Origin: a virus | Virus record (IMG/VR): IMGVR_UViG_3300017605_000956 | Span: 1 to 64,000 of that record | Length of the DNA stretch: 64,000 bases | Strand: one strand, 5' to 3' | Part shown: in pieces, positions 36,776-47,068 of the stretch | How positions within the stretch are numbered: the first letter of the stretch is position 1 | Layout: the number at the start of each line of letters is the position of its first letter | The notes under the pieces: generated by a model | Databases searched by the model: none | Seen by the model: only the letters and a program-made list of their open reading frames with translations | What the model was told of the DNA's origin: nothing | Made by a program: the position numbers and the translations under genes

Positions 36776-37528
36776 GTGGATTTCGACACGTACCTGTCCC
36801 AGTGGACCTTCTTGAAGACGTTCGTGAAGGGTCCTCCGGGCAGCGGCAAGACGTTCTTTGCCGCTCAGATGACGCACCTGTGGAGGACGCTCTACATCGA
36901 CGTGGAAGGCGGCCTGTTCAGCGCCTTCCCCACGGTGAAGCGGGACAACATCGAAGTCCGGCTGATCCGTGAGCCCGAGCCGAAAGAGTTCTTCGAGAAG
37001 CTCGGGGACGCGGTGGGCGAGGCCGAGAGCGGGAAGTACGAAGCCGTGGTGGTCGACTCCCTGACCGAGATTTCGGGCAGGATGGAAGACGACTACGCGC
37101 AGAAGTCCGCGAGCGGCAAGCTCGAGTTCGGGGCCTGGTACGAGCTCCAGGAGCGGCTCCGTCGTATGTGCCGCCGGCTCAAGGACCTGAACTGCCACGT
37201 CTGCGTCACGAGCCTGACGAAGCCCCAGGGCGGGGACAAGGCGGAAGCGGCGTTCGAGCCGGTGTTCCCCGGCCAGAGCGCGACCGTCATCCCCAGCTTC
37301 TTCGACACCGTCGGGCTCATGCGGAAGTCGTCGACCAAGACCGGGTCCGAGTTCGTCTTCACGACGGACGGCCCCGCGATCTACCAGGTGCGCGATCGGT
37401 ACCGGGCTCTCCGGCCGGAGGAGCGCGTGTCCGAGAAGGACCCGCTCGCGGTCTGGAAGAAGCTCAAGGACGGCATCGTCTCGATGGCGAGCAGCGGAAA
37501 GGAGGCCCAGACGGCAAGCGCGAAATAG
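36776..37528 (+). CDS. Sak4-like (AAA_24) recombination ATPase
   Basis: GPPGSGKT, LYIDVEGG, VVVDSLTE; lies between exonuclease and SSB. Confidence 0.85.
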   Translation: MDFDTYLSQWTFLKTFVKGPPGSGKTFFAAQMTHLWRTLYIDVEGGLFSAFPTVKRDNIEVRLIREPEPKEFFEKLGDAVGEAESGKYEAVVVDSLTEISGRMEDDYAQKSASGKLEFGAWYELQERLRRMCRRLKDLNCHVCVTSLTKPQGGDKAEAAFEPVFPGQSATVIPSFFDTVGLMRKSSTKTGSEFVFTTDGPAIYQVRDRYRALRPEERVSEKDPLAVWKKLKDGIVSMASSGKEAQTASAK

Positions 37529-37601
37529 AGAGCGTTTCGCGGCCTCGCCTGTCGCGAGGCCGCTGGGGTTTGAGAGAAACGAAATTCGGAGACACGCGAC
37601 C

Positions 37602-38147
37602 ATGGCAAAGTTCACGACCGATCCGAGCGAGAAGTGGAAGTCCGTTCCCAAGGGCGAGTACAACGTGATGATCACCAAGGCCGAGATCAAGGAGTCCCGG
37701 CCCGACAAGAACGACCCGTCGAAGGAGAAGTTCCCCTACATCGAGGTCTCGATGCAGATCCTCGACGGCGAGTACACCGGAGAAGTCGTCTCGGACCGGC
37801 TCTCGCTGTCGCCCAAGGCGAAGCCCCGGCTCAACGGGTTCCTCTACGCCGCGAACCTGGCGGCCGCGGACGCGAAGGGCGAGATGGAGTTCGACACCGA
37901 CGACTTCGTCAACAAGTGCCTGACCGTCAAGGGCGACGTCGAGGTCTTCAACGGCCAGGAGCGGTTCCGGCCGTCGAGCTTCAAGCAGCACCCGGACGTG
38001 GCGCGCACGAACGAGGCCCAGGCGGCGGGAACGCCCCCGGCCCCGGCGCCCACGCCGACCGGCGCTGCTCCCGCTCCGGCCCCGGCGGCGCGTCCGGCTC
38101 CCGCTCCGGCGCGTCCCGCCCCGGCTCCGGCCCGGAGGCCCATCTAG
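37602..38147 (+). CDS. DUF669-type phage single-stranded DNA-binding protein
   Basis: VPKGEYNVMITKAE, ILDGEY; PA-rich tail. Confidence 0.8.
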   Translation: MAKFTTDPSEKWKSVPKGEYNVMITKAEIKESRPDKNDPSKEKFPYIEVSMQILDGEYTGEVVSDRLSLSPKAKPRLNGFLYAANLAAADAKGEMEFDTDDFVNKCLTVKGDVEVFNGQERFRPSSFKQHPDVARTNEAQAAGTPPAPAPTPTGAAPAPAPAARPAPAPARPAPAPARRPI

Positions 38148-38259
38148 TTCTCCCAGGCGGTTCCTCATGCTGCCAGCGGGCTCTGCCCGCTGGCAGCACC
38201 GGAGGCGCCTTGGGGAAACGGGGCGCGGTTTTCGAGTCGCGAGTTGAGAGGGTAGAGAG

Positions 38260-38436
38260 ATGGGGCTTGAGGTGACGTCGGAGGACCCGGACGAATTGAT
38301 CCGGATCGCGGTGCGCCTGTGGGGGCGCATCAAGGAATCGAAGGACAAGACGAGGACGCTGGAAATGGAGCTGGCGAAGATCGAGGACAAGATCGCGCTC
38401 AAGATGCCAGGGAATCGGGAGGCGGCAAGTGCTTAG
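38260..38436 (+). CDS. small coiled-coil protein (not in ORF track)
   Basis: MGLEVTSEDPDELIRIAV...; stop overlaps the next gene. Confidence 0.5.
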   Translation: MGLEVTSEDPDELIRIAVRLWGRIKESKDKTRTLEMELAKIEDKIALKMPGNREAASA

Positions 38437-39421
38437 GTTCGCGGACTTTCTATCGAAGGCGCATTCGGTCTTCGACAAGGCCGACTGGGTCGATCCCGAC
38501 CTGAAGATCCCGCCGCTGTCGGAGAGCCACGTCTTCCTGCTCGGGGAGGACGCGGACTTCAACGAGGCGCTGAAGGAGATCGACCGGGACCTGCTGGACG
38601 AGATGAAGGATGGCGTGCCGCTCCCCTTCAACGACGTCGCGGTCTGCTCGCTCGTTCGCAAGCCGATGGACCCGCAGCGCGAGATGGAGCTGCACAACAC
38701 AGTGAAGGAGATGTGGCCCACGAAGGTCGAGGTGTCGGGCGATCTGATCGTCGCCTCCGGCGGAAAGCCGGTATGGGTGATGGACCGGCTGATCCAGGTC
38801 GACGTGAGCCACCCCGCGGTGCAGGAGATCGTCCGCGCGCCCGGCTCTGGCCCGATCGACAGGGTCAAGCAGTGGTTCGTCATGATCCGGTACCACGGGG
38901 TCGAGGGCATGAAGAATATGCCGATGGCGTGGGCCTTCGGCTACGCCGGTGTCGGCCAGCGAGGGGACCTGAGCGTCGTCGCGCTCTCCATCGCCTCGCC
39001 CCTCTGCAACGAAATGTGCGAGAGCATGAGGTACATCGCGGCGATCTCGCACCCGGCGAACTACGTCGTCCGCGTGACGCCGGAGCTGACGCCAAGGGAG
39101 AGACGCCGCGTGACCGAAGGCAAGCAGGTTCCCCGAGAGAAGACCCCGCACTTCATCGTGTGCGACCACGAGGTGATCGTCGGACTGCGGCGGGACCCCG
39201 TCACGAAGCACGCGAGCCCGGTACCCCACGAGAGGCGCGGCCACTGGGCTCGCCTGGCGGAGCGGTGCCGGCACGCCCGCCTGCTCGGGAAGGACAAGGT
39301 GTGGAAGCGGCCCACGTTCGTTGGTGAGCGAACTTTCCGTGACGAAAAGAACCTTTACGAGGTACTCTTGGATTTCGGGAAACGAGATAATGTGAATTCC
39401 GGTATGGGGACGCCCCAATGA
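38429..39421 (+). CDS. hypothetical phage protein with HxRRGHW motif
   Basis: HASPVPHERRGHW...VWKRPTFVG. Confidence 0.7.
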   Translation: MLRFADFLSKAHSVFDKADWVDPDLKIPPLSESHVFLLGEDADFNEALKEIDRDLLDEMKDGVPLPFNDVAVCSLVRKPMDPQREMELHNTVKEMWPTKVEVSGDLIVASGGKPVWVMDRLIQVDVSHPAVQEIVRAPGSGPIDRVKQWFVMIRYHGVEGMKNMPMAWAFGYAGVGQRGDLSVVALSIASPLCNEMCESMRYIAAISHPANYVVRVTPELTPRERRRVTEGKQVPREKTPHFIVCDHEVIVGLRRDPVTKHASPVPHERRGHWARLAERCRHARLLGKDKVWKRPTFVGERTFRDEKNLYEVLLDFGKRDNVNSGMGTPQ

Positions 39422-40017
39422 CGCTACCGGTATCGGTTGTGATCCCCCACCTGAAGACTCGCGAGGAGTTCTTCCACACGGTCTGCCTGCCCTCGGTTGA
39501 GGCGGCCAGGCCCGCGCAGATCATCGTGGTGGATCGCGAGGGTGGGGCTGCGGAGAAGCGCAACGAAGGGGCCGCCAAGGCTCGCTTCCCGTACCTGATC
39601 TTCCTCGACGACGACGCGGAGCTCGAGCTGGGCGCTCTCGATGTCGCGCTCCACTGGCTCGGCGTGGACCCGGGCGCAGCGTTCGCCTACGGCGACACGC
39701 GCTTCGTATCGCACGTGCATCCCGTGGGGGAGTTCACCAAGGTCGCCGTCGGGTGGAACGCGGAGACGCTCCGCCGATCGAACTTCATCGACGTGACGGC
39801 GCTGATCCGGACTGAGAAGTTCCCTGGCTTCGATGTGAGAGTGAGGCGGTTCCAGGACTGGGATCTCTGGCTCACCATGGCGGCGCGCGGCGATCGCGGG
39901 GTGTACTGCCGGCGCGCGCTCCACCGCACCCACCGGCTGTCGAACGAGAGGATTTCGGAGAGGGAAGACTACGACATGAATTCGGAGTTCGTGAAACGTA
40001 AGCACGGTATTTCGTAG
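39418..40017 (+). CDS. GT2 family glycosyltransferase
   Basis: VSVVIP, RNEG, FLDDD, FQDWDLWL. Confidence 0.9.
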   Translation: MTLPVSVVIPHLKTREEFFHTVCLPSVEAARPAQIIVVDREGGAAEKRNEGAAKARFPYLIFLDDDAELELGALDVALHWLGVDPGAAFAYGDTRFVSHVHPVGEFTKVAVGWNAETLRRSNFIDVTALIRTEKFPGFDVRVRRFQDWDLWLTMAARGDRGVYCRRALHRTHRLSNERISEREDYDMNSEFVKRKHGIS

Positions 40018-40039
40018 GCCACTTTTTCTGGAGGACGGC

Positions 40040-41683
40040 ATGACCGAGGTCAAGGACGCAACCCCGCGAGAAGTGCTCGCGGAGGTCAACTTCGAGGAGA
40101 TCGAGCTCTCGAAGCTGATCGAGTCGCGGAGGAATCCGCGAAAGGCATTCGACGCGACGGCCATGAGGGGGCTGGTCGAGTCGATCAAGAGGTACGGGGT
40201 GCTCACGCCGCTGATCGTGAGGGCGGTGGGAAACGACGGGAAATTCGAGATCCTGGCTGGCGCCAGGCGCAGCAGGGCATCGAGAGAGGCGGGCCTCGAA
40301 AAGGTTCCGTGTCGCGTCATCGAGGCTGAGAACGATCTCGCCTTGGACGTGATCGTCGTCGAGAACCTCCAGCGGCAGAACGTCCACCCCCTCGAGGAGG
40401 CGGACAGCTTCGCTGAGATCCTCGAGCTCTCCGGTGGCGATCTCCATGGCCTGTGCAACAAGGTCGGCAAGGACAGGCCCTACGTCATGAAGCGACTGGC
40501 CCTCAACAAGCTGGTCGATTCGGGCAAGAAGATGTTCCTCCAGGGCAAGATGTCGGAGGGACACGCGATGCTGATCTCGCGGCTCACGCCCGAGGACCAG
40601 AAGGACGCGATGGAGTACCTCGAGAACGACGAGCCTTCGGTCACGATCATGCGGGAGTGGATTGAGTCGACGCTGATGCTCGACCTCGCGAAGGCGGGCT
40701 TCTCGAAGACGGATCCGGCGCTGGACAAGAAGGCCGGTCCCTGCACGACGTGCCCCAAGCGGACTGGCTGCTCGAAGGACCTCTTCGACGACATCAAGAG
40801 CGGGGACCGCTGCACCGATGTCGAGTGCTTCCAGGGCAAGATGCGGGCGCACATCACCCAGCTCGAGAACGCCCTCCGCGGGAAGGGCTACAAGGTGTAC
40901 GGCGTCTACGAGAGCTATCAGTCGAAGCCCGGGAAGGGCACGCTGGCATCGGGCCAGTGGGTCGAGATCAAGAAGAAGGACTTCTGCGACAACGCGGCGA
41001 AGATGATCATCCTCGACCAACCCCGTGCCGGCCACTACGTCGACGGATGCGCCAACCTGGAGAACTGCAAGATCCACGGGCGGACCGGGATGCACGGCTC
41101 GAACTCCACCATGCAGGAGCAGACGCGAAAGCAGGTCCTCGCCAACAAGATCGAGGCCGAGGTTCGCCTTCGGACCTTCAAGCTGATCTACGAGAAGCAG
41201 GAGAAGCTGACCGTCTCCGACAAGAGGCTGCTGGCCGAACACTGCTTCAGTCGCCTCTGGTTCGGAGCCAAGGTGCGGCTCTGCCGGGCGCTGGGCATCG
41301 AGCCCAAGGTGTCGAAGATCGGCGGCAAGGACTACGAGACGCCCTTCTCGAGAGTGGTGACCGAGGCGGTGAAGGAAGAGACGCTCGACAAGCTGCTCAT
41401 CTCTCTGGCGTGTGGCGGCGATCTCGACCCGAACTACCGGCACGCCGAGAACATCGACTTCTACGCCAACAAGCTCAAGCTGGACGTGAAGGCCATCGAG
41501 ACGGAGGTCAAAGCGTCCTTCGAGAAGAAGTCGAAGAAGATGCCCAAGGAGAAGCCCATCGAGGCTGAGGGCAAGAAGCCGAAGAAGGCCAAGGCGAAAT
41601 CTGTGGCGAAGGCCCAGACGAAGCCCATGGAGGTCGATCCCCTGGAGCACAGCGAGGGCATGGGGGATGACCTTCCGGAGTAG
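40040..41683 (+). CDS. parB: ParB/Spo0J family protein
   Basis: NPRK, GVLTPLIVR, ILAGARRSRA, ENLQR, HTH. Confidence 0.9.
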   Translation: MTEVKDATPREVLAEVNFEEIELSKLIESRRNPRKAFDATAMRGLVESIKRYGVLTPLIVRAVGNDGKFEILAGARRSRASREAGLEKVPCRVIEAENDLALDVIVVENLQRQNVHPLEEADSFAEILELSGGDLHGLCNKVGKDRPYVMKRLALNKLVDSGKKMFLQGKMSEGHAMLISRLTPEDQKDAMEYLENDEPSVTIMREWIESTLMLDLAKAGFSKTDPALDKKAGPCTTCPKRTGCSKDLFDDIKSGDRCTDVECFQGKMRAHITQLENALRGKGYKVYGVYESYQSKPGKGTLASGQWVEIKKKDFCDNAAKMIILDQPRAGHYVDGCANLENCKIHGRTGMHGSNSTMQEQTRKQVLANKIEAEVRLRTFKLIYEKQEKLTVSDKRLLAEHCFSRLWFGAKVRLCRALGIEPKVSKIGGKDYETPFSRVVTEAVKEETLDKLLISLACGGDLDPNYRHAENIDFYANKLKLDVKAIETEVKASFEKKSKKMPKEKPIEAEGKKPKKAKAKSVAKAQTKPMEVDPLEHSEGMGDDLPE

Positions 41684-41782
41684 CGTACGGCGCCTGGCTT
41701 TGGACTGAGGGGAACGTAGCCCGGCCGGTGTGCCACGGAAGACGTGTCGCGCCGGCCGGCCAAAATTCGAGTCGAGGACGAG

Positions 41783-42307
41783 ATGAACGAGGACGAAAGG
41801 CACGAGGTGTTCAAGTGGCTCCTGAAGAAGAGCTTTTTCTACCAGGGGCTAGTTTGGTGTTACCTACGCGGAAATGATGTCCCAGCGATTCTCGGAAAGA
41901 TGCAGGTCTGGGAAAAGAACCCCGGCCGGAAGTTCTTCGACGAAGACGGCGGCGACATCATGGTGGGGGACCTGATCATCGAGGTGAAGAGCATCGGGCT
42001 TGAGTTCACCTGCGTAGACGACTACCCCTACGGAGACGTGGTCGTCGACAACATCGGGCAGCACGACGAGAAGGTTCGCAAGGGCTACTGCCCGAACATC
42101 TACGTCTTCGTGTCTCAGGTTACCGGCGCGATGATCTGGACCTCGGTGAAGGAGTGGAAGCACGAGTGGCAGAAGAAGGTAATTCCGCACAGGTGGACAA
42201 AGGAGATGAGGCACGTTTACACCTGTTGGAAAAGCCACTGCAATCCGATCAGGGCGCTGGTGAGTGACCTGAAAGACATCTTGGGAGATCAGGCGGTAGC
42301 AGGATGA
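41783..42307 (+). CDS. putative PD-(D/E)XK nuclease
   Basis: DGGDI...IEVKS. Confidence 0.6.
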   Translation: MNEDERHEVFKWLLKKSFFYQGLVWCYLRGNDVPAILGKMQVWEKNPGRKFFDEDGGDIMVGDLIIEVKSIGLEFTCVDDYPYGDVVVDNIGQHDEKVRKGYCPNIYVFVSQVTGAMIWTSVKEWKHEWQKKVIPHRWTKEMRHVYTCWKSHCNPIRALVSDLKDILGDQAVAG

Positions 42308-42612
42308 ATGCGGCGTGGCTGGATGGCGAGTTCTCTCGCGGAGGGCCGGAATGGAAGCTGGTGATCCGGTGGACCCATTTCGTCGCGAGGAAGAAGCAGG
42401 GAATCACTTCCAGCGAGAGGCACACGTGGAACAAGGGCGTGGTCAACGTCTCGGTCAAGTTCATGGCGCAGGCAATCAAGAAGGGTGAGATCGTGCTCCT
42501 GCCCGAAGCGTTCGGGCGGGGCATGAGCACTTGGGAGCTGCTGAGGGCGTGGTGGCCGGAGTTCATGCAAACAGAAAAGGAGCTGATCGCAGAGCTGGTG
42601 TTGACGCGGTAG
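42304..42612 (+). CDS. hypothetical protein (EKELIAELVLTR)
   Basis: ATGA overlap. Confidence 0.65.
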   Translation: MNAAWLDGEFSRGGPEWKLVIRWTHFVARKKQGITSSERHTWNKGVVNVSVKFMAQAIKKGEIVLLPEAFGRGMSTWELLRAWWPEFMQTEKELIAELVLTR

Positions 42613-42641
42613 AGGCAGGGTTAGAGAGAGGATTCGGCATC

Positions 42642-43808
42642 ATGTGGATTGACGACTGGAAGGCGGAGCTCGAGCAACATCTCGACACGCCGGACGAATT
42701 CATTGAGGCAGTCGGGTATTTCGCCGTGGGTGCGGCGCTTGCGAATAAGGTCTACGTCAGAAGTCCGAAGTACGTCGGGACCAATATGTACGTGATCCTG
42801 ACGTCGCCGCCTGGGTGGATGCACAAGTCGTCCACGGTGGGCGTCGGGGTCGAGCTGCTGCGGCAGGTCATCCCGTCGGACGAGGTGTTGCCGTCGAATC
42901 CGTCGATCGAGGCGCTGGGCCGGAAGATCCCGGGCCTGTGCCATGGCGACGTGGGTCACGGCGTCCTGCTGTACGACGAGTTCCGGTCGTTTCTGACGCA
43001 CGTCCGGAAGGAGTACGCCTCGAGCTTGGCGTCGCTGGTGACGGAGAAGCTCGAGCGGGGGCTTCCGGTGACGTTCTCGAAGACGAAGGATTCGGGGACG
43101 GAGGAGTTCACGATCCCCGGGAAGTTCGTGTTCTCGTTCGTGGCGTCTACGACGACGCCGTGGCTGCTGGAGAACATGAAGGGCAGCGACATCGCGGGAG
43201 GCATGATGGCGCGCTTCCTGCTGGTCGAGGCGAGGAAGCAGACGCGGCTCTACGAGCTCCCGCCGCCGATCGACGACCAGGCGATCCAGAGGCTCGCGCA
43301 GGATCTGCTGAGGATCCGGGCGCACTACACGGGAGTCGAGTTCACGTTCCGGAGCGACTCGTCGAGGATGTACGCGGCGCTGTATCGGGACCTGAAGAAG
43401 GACGCCGAAGGACATGGGCACCCGGAGTACTCGTCGCTCGTGTCCCGTGGCCCCCTCTACCTGAAGAAGCTCTCGCTGCTGCGCGCGGCGCTGGCGGAGC
43501 GCGGATCCACGGTGATCCACCCGGAGGACGTGGACGCGGCCGCGGAGATGGTCTGGAAGAGCGTGAAGTCCTGCCAGGCCCTCGTCGACGAGGCATCGGC
43601 TCACGATGGGGTGTGGGGGAAGACGGTGATGCGGGTCAAGAAGATCGTCTCGGGAGCCAACCGCATCTCCAAGAGCGATTTACTGAAGTTCGTCCACGTG
43701 CGGCCTCGGGAGCTCGATGAGGTCCTCGAGAGCCTCGTCGCCCAGGAGTCGGTCTGCATGGAGAAAGACGGGAATCGCCCCGTGGTCGTCTGGGTGGGCG
43801 AAGACTAG
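42642..43808 (+). CDS. DUF3987/YfjI-like ATPase (putative replicative helicase component)
   Basis: NMYVILTSPPG..KSS, SIEAL, YDEF, STT, GMMARFL; C-terminal wHTH. Confidence 0.75.
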   Translation: MWIDDWKAELEQHLDTPDEFIEAVGYFAVGAALANKVYVRSPKYVGTNMYVILTSPPGWMHKSSTVGVGVELLRQVIPSDEVLPSNPSIEALGRKIPGLCHGDVGHGVLLYDEFRSFLTHVRKEYASSLASLVTEKLERGLPVTFSKTKDSGTEEFTIPGKFVFSFVASTTTPWLLENMKGSDIAGGMMARFLLVEARKQTRLYELPPPIDDQAIQRLAQDLLRIRAHYTGVEFTFRSDSSRMYAALYRDLKKDAEGHGHPEYSSLVSRGPLYLKKLSLLRAALAERGSTVIHPEDVDAAAEMVWKSVKSCQALVDEASAHDGVWGKTVMRVKKIVSGANRISKSDLLKFVHVRPRELDEVLESLVAQESVCMEKDGNRPVVVWVGED

Positions 43809-43923
43809 CGTTTATACGTCGATTTGGCGCGTCGTTGGGGGTGGGATGGGTCTGTGACCCATCCCACCCCCAGCACGTCGATTGGGGGCCATGTGTGGCC
43901 CAACTGGAATGGAGGGTACTGGT

Positions 43924-44439
43924 ATGGGACTCGGTGCTATTTTCGTGGATGGCGGCAACGTCTCGTTCGCGCTGAAGAAGCGATCTCGGGACCAGGGCAC
44001 GCCGCGGCAGAAGCTCGAGTACGGCGAGCTGGTCAAGGCGCTCGAGGGGAAGCTGGGCGTCAGCCTGGCGTTCAAGGCATACTACACGGCGCATCACGAT
44101 CCGGCCCTCTTGGTGCATCGGGCCGGGTTCTACACGCATCTCCGGCTGAACGGCTGGTCGATCTTCGACACGCCCTCGAAGCTCTGTCCCGACGGCATCT
44201 GGAGGGACAAGGGCGTCGACATGGCGATCGGCCTGGACGCCTACGCGCTGGCCCTCAAGACGCAGATCGACACGCTGGTCCTCCTGTCCCATGACGAGGA
44301 CTTCGTCGAGCTGTTCAAGCGGCTGCCAGACGGCATGAGGGGCGTCTCCGTGGGCTTCAAGGATCGCACCGCGATGGCGATCCAGAAGGTCGCGACGGAG
44401 GTGATCTGGCTCGAGGAGCTGGCCGGGGTGATCCGGTGA
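43924..44439 (+). CDS. NYN/LabA (PIN-fold) domain protein
   Basis: IFVDGGN, DKGVD, LSHDEDF. Confidence 0.88.
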   Translation: MGLGAIFVDGGNVSFALKKRSRDQGTPRQKLEYGELVKALEGKLGVSLAFKAYYTAHHDPALLVHRAGFYTHLRLNGWSIFDTPSKLCPDGIWRDKGVDMAIGLDAYALALKTQIDTLVLLSHDEDFVELFKRLPDGMRGVSVGFKDRTAMAIQKVATEVIWLEELAGVIR

Positions 44440-44885
44440 ACAAAGGCGGTACCTGGCCTGAGACAAAGTACTGGCGCGAGGCGATGGAGGCTGCTCAGAA
44501 GAGGCTCGGCAAGGTCAACCTCTTCAACGGGACCAATGGGACCGGGAGCGGCTACTACGTGGCTCACGACTCACGGGCGATGTGCTGCTCGCAGTTCGTC
44601 CCGTCGGCCAGGAACTCTCAGGGGCCACGCAAGGTGAAGGAACACCTGAGGACCGCGGTCCATTTCAGGACGTGGTGCGTCGGGAATCGGGAGAAGGCCC
44701 TGGAGCTGTTCCCGGAAGTGAAGCCGCTGTTCGCGGAGTACGAGCTGACGAAGGACGCGATCCGTCCTGGCGTCTCGTCGACTACGTCGATCGAGATGGT
44801 CGGATCGAAGCTCACAATCGTCAGGACGACGGTCGATGCGTCGAAGGCGAAGTTCACGATCAGGGATGGAGGGAGGAAACCTTGA
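44436..44885 (+). CDS. hypothetical protein (PLFAEYELT)
   Basis: GTGA overlap. Confidence 0.6.
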   Translation: MNKGGTWPETKYWREAMEAAQKRLGKVNLFNGTNGTGSGYYVAHDSRAMCCSQFVPSARNSQGPRKVKEHLRTAVHFRTWCVGNREKALELFPEVKPLFAEYELTKDAIRPGVSSTTSIEMVGSKLTIVRTTVDASKAKFTIRDGGRKP

Positions 44886-45277
44886 GTCGCAAGCGGAAGG
44901 AGGTGGTTGATCCGGATCTGGTGGAGGTGGCCCCAGGCCTTCAGCTCTGGGAGCTGGATCTCTACCGGAAGCTGATCATGTTCGGAGAATGGCACAACCT
45001 GGACTTTCTTTTTCCCCGCGCAGGTCCACTTGTGCCGACGCCGTTGTTCAACGTGCTCGTGAAAGCGGGGAGGAAGAAGGAGCCGATGTCGATCGACGAC
45101 GTGGAACTCTCGGAGGAGACGAAGGCGCTCCTCGAGCAGCGGGCAAAGGCCGGCTGCGTCTGCTGCCAGTACATCCTCGATGACTGGAAGGCGAACAACA
45201 AGCTGACCGACTACGGGAACTTCCCCGGAGAGGCGAAGCTGAACCACATCCAGGCTGAGAAGGATTGCCAGGTATGA
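44882..45277 (+). CDS. hypothetical protein
   Basis: GGAGG RBS; TTGA overlap. Confidence 0.55.
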   Translation: MSRKRKEVVDPDLVEVAPGLQLWELDLYRKLIMFGEWHNLDFLFPRAGPLVPTPLFNVLVKAGRKKEPMSIDDVELSEETKALLEQRAKAGCVCCQYILDDWKANNKLTDYGNFPGEAKLNHIQAEKDCQV

Positions 45278-45546
45278 CGGACGTAGATGCGGTGATCGTC
45301 CCGGAGAGTCGTGCCAACGAGACGTTCAAGGCCCTCGGGTTCTCGGTCTTCATGGTGAAGGGCACCGTGGGGATCGCGATGGTCGAGGTGGTCCAGCGGG
45401 CCGAGCGTCTCAACAAGGTCTACACGGCGTGGATGAAGCGAGGAGTCAACACCAACATCTCGAAGGTACTTCGGGAGCTGGCGTCCGTTTCTGACGCGGT
45501 GGAGAAGTATCAGGACGCGCAGAAGAAGGCGAGAGGAGGGGTCTGA
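45274..45546 (+). CDS. hypothetical protein
   Basis: ATGA overlap. Confidence 0.55.
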   Translation: MTDVDAVIVPESRANETFKALGFSVFMVKGTVGIAMVEVVQRAERLNKVYTAWMKRGVNTNISKVLRELASVSDAVEKYQDAQKKARGGV

Positions 45547-46034
45547 TGTCGAGGTACCTGATGTTTTTCGATGGCGCCTGTCCAGGCGGGATTCCGCACT
45601 TTGGGTGGATCTTGGAGACGGACGACGGCAAGCCCGTCACCGAGGGGAATGGTCCAGTGTTCCTCCTCGGGACTGAGCAGACGACGAACATCGCGGAGTA
45701 TGGCGGCCTGATCCACGGGCTCGCCGGCGCCATCGCGCATCTGAAGGACGGGGACGCGCTCGCGGTCTTCGGGGACAGCCAGCTCATCGTGCGGCAGGTG
45801 AACGGCTGGTACCGGATCAAGAAGGAGCACCTGCTCCCCTACGTGAGGAAGGCCCACGAGCTGATCAAGGCGCTGCAGGAGAAGAAGGTCACCGTGTCGA
45901 TCGACTGGGTCCCGCGCGAGAGGAATGAGAAGGCGGACAGGCTCTCGAAAAGGTCGACCTTGACCTATCCGACAGATGCGGAGCGTGCGCCGAAGGACCA
46001 GACGCTGAACGACGAATGCAAGAGCGATGAATAG
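45546..46034 (+). CDS. rnhA: ribonuclease HI
   Basis: FDGAC, TNIAEY, GDSQL, WVPRERNEKAD. Confidence 0.92.
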   Translation: MSRYLMFFDGACPGGIPHFGWILETDDGKPVTEGNGPVFLLGTEQTTNIAEYGGLIHGLAGAIAHLKDGDALAVFGDSQLIVRQVNGWYRIKKEHLLPYVRKAHELIKALQEKKVTVSIDWVPRERNEKADRLSKRSTLTYPTDAERAPKDQTLNDECKSDE

Positions 46035-46884
46035 CATCGAGGAGAAGCTCGCGGAATTCCGTGAGCAGTACCGTCGTGAGCGAGAGCTGGAGAGGCTCTG
46101 GAACGCGGCCTCGCGGCCGGTCCAGGCCCTGTTCTACTACTTCGAGATGGAGTACTACTTCATCCGCTGGAACTGGCGGTCCATGACCAAGGAAGAGGCC
46201 ACGATTGTGTGGCCCAAAGAGGTCGATAAGCCCCGAAAGAAATGATCCCGCAGAAGGAACCGCTCGGAAGTGAGAGCGGTCTCTTTCTGCCCGAAGATCA
46301 GAAGCGATCGTCGGGGCTGCCGCCGATGAAGCGTGTCAGGGTAAAGGTCTACTTCAAGAAGATGGAGAAGGTGATGGAAGGCGAAGAGATCGTGCTGTCT
46401 CCCGAGACGCAGGCGTACCTCGAGACGCAGCGGAACAAGTGTATGCTCTGCAAAATGATCCTCGAGGATCACGCCCAGCACGGGAAACTGACCGGGTACC
46501 CGAAGGAGATCGACGGGCGAGGGCAGTTCCCGGTCGAAGCGAAGATCCGGCACGTCCAGATCGAGAAGCTCCACGCGCCGGAGGTTCCGGCTGGGGCGCA
46601 GCCCCAGCCGGAAGGGGGAGCCGATGGGGAATAACGGCGTCTACCAGGCCAGCCTGATCATCGAGGGAATCCGTCGCGACGCGATCGACTGGGCCGCGAA
46701 GGAAGGGCTTGGCATGGCGCGAAAGGGCCGGCCCAAAAGCGAGCTTCAGGTCATGGGAGTCGCCGTGACCGACTTCGGGTTCAAGGTGACGGTGGTCGAG
46801 AAGACCGGGGACCGGATGGCGACCTGCACGTTCCTGTCGACGGGCGCGCGGTCGATGTACGAGCTCGACAAGAAAGGAGGGTGA
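46027..46884 (+). CDS. three small hypothetical proteins (46027-46245, 46242-46634, 46624-46884)
   Basis: tightly overlapping ORFs. Confidence 0.6.
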
Positions 46885-46885
46885 T

Positions 46886-47068
46886 GTGCCCGAGAAAACG
46901 TGCTGCGGCCGGAAGTTGAAGTCGCTGGGCGGGATCGGCTGGTGGAAGTTCTTCTCGTGCCCAAAGTGCGCGACGATCTGGCGACAGCATCGTGGATCGA
47001 AGGCGTGGAAGAAGGAAGGCGGCTGCTGAGGGCCGAAGAGGAAGGCCCGTGTGGCCGGATCAAGATGA
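46886..47068 (+). CDS. zinc-ribbon mini-protein; stops at TGA 47027 or reads through (GC-U-G) to 47068
   Basis: AAGGAGG RBS; MPEKTCCG...CPKC...EGGC*GPKRKARVAGSR*. Confidence 0.5.
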
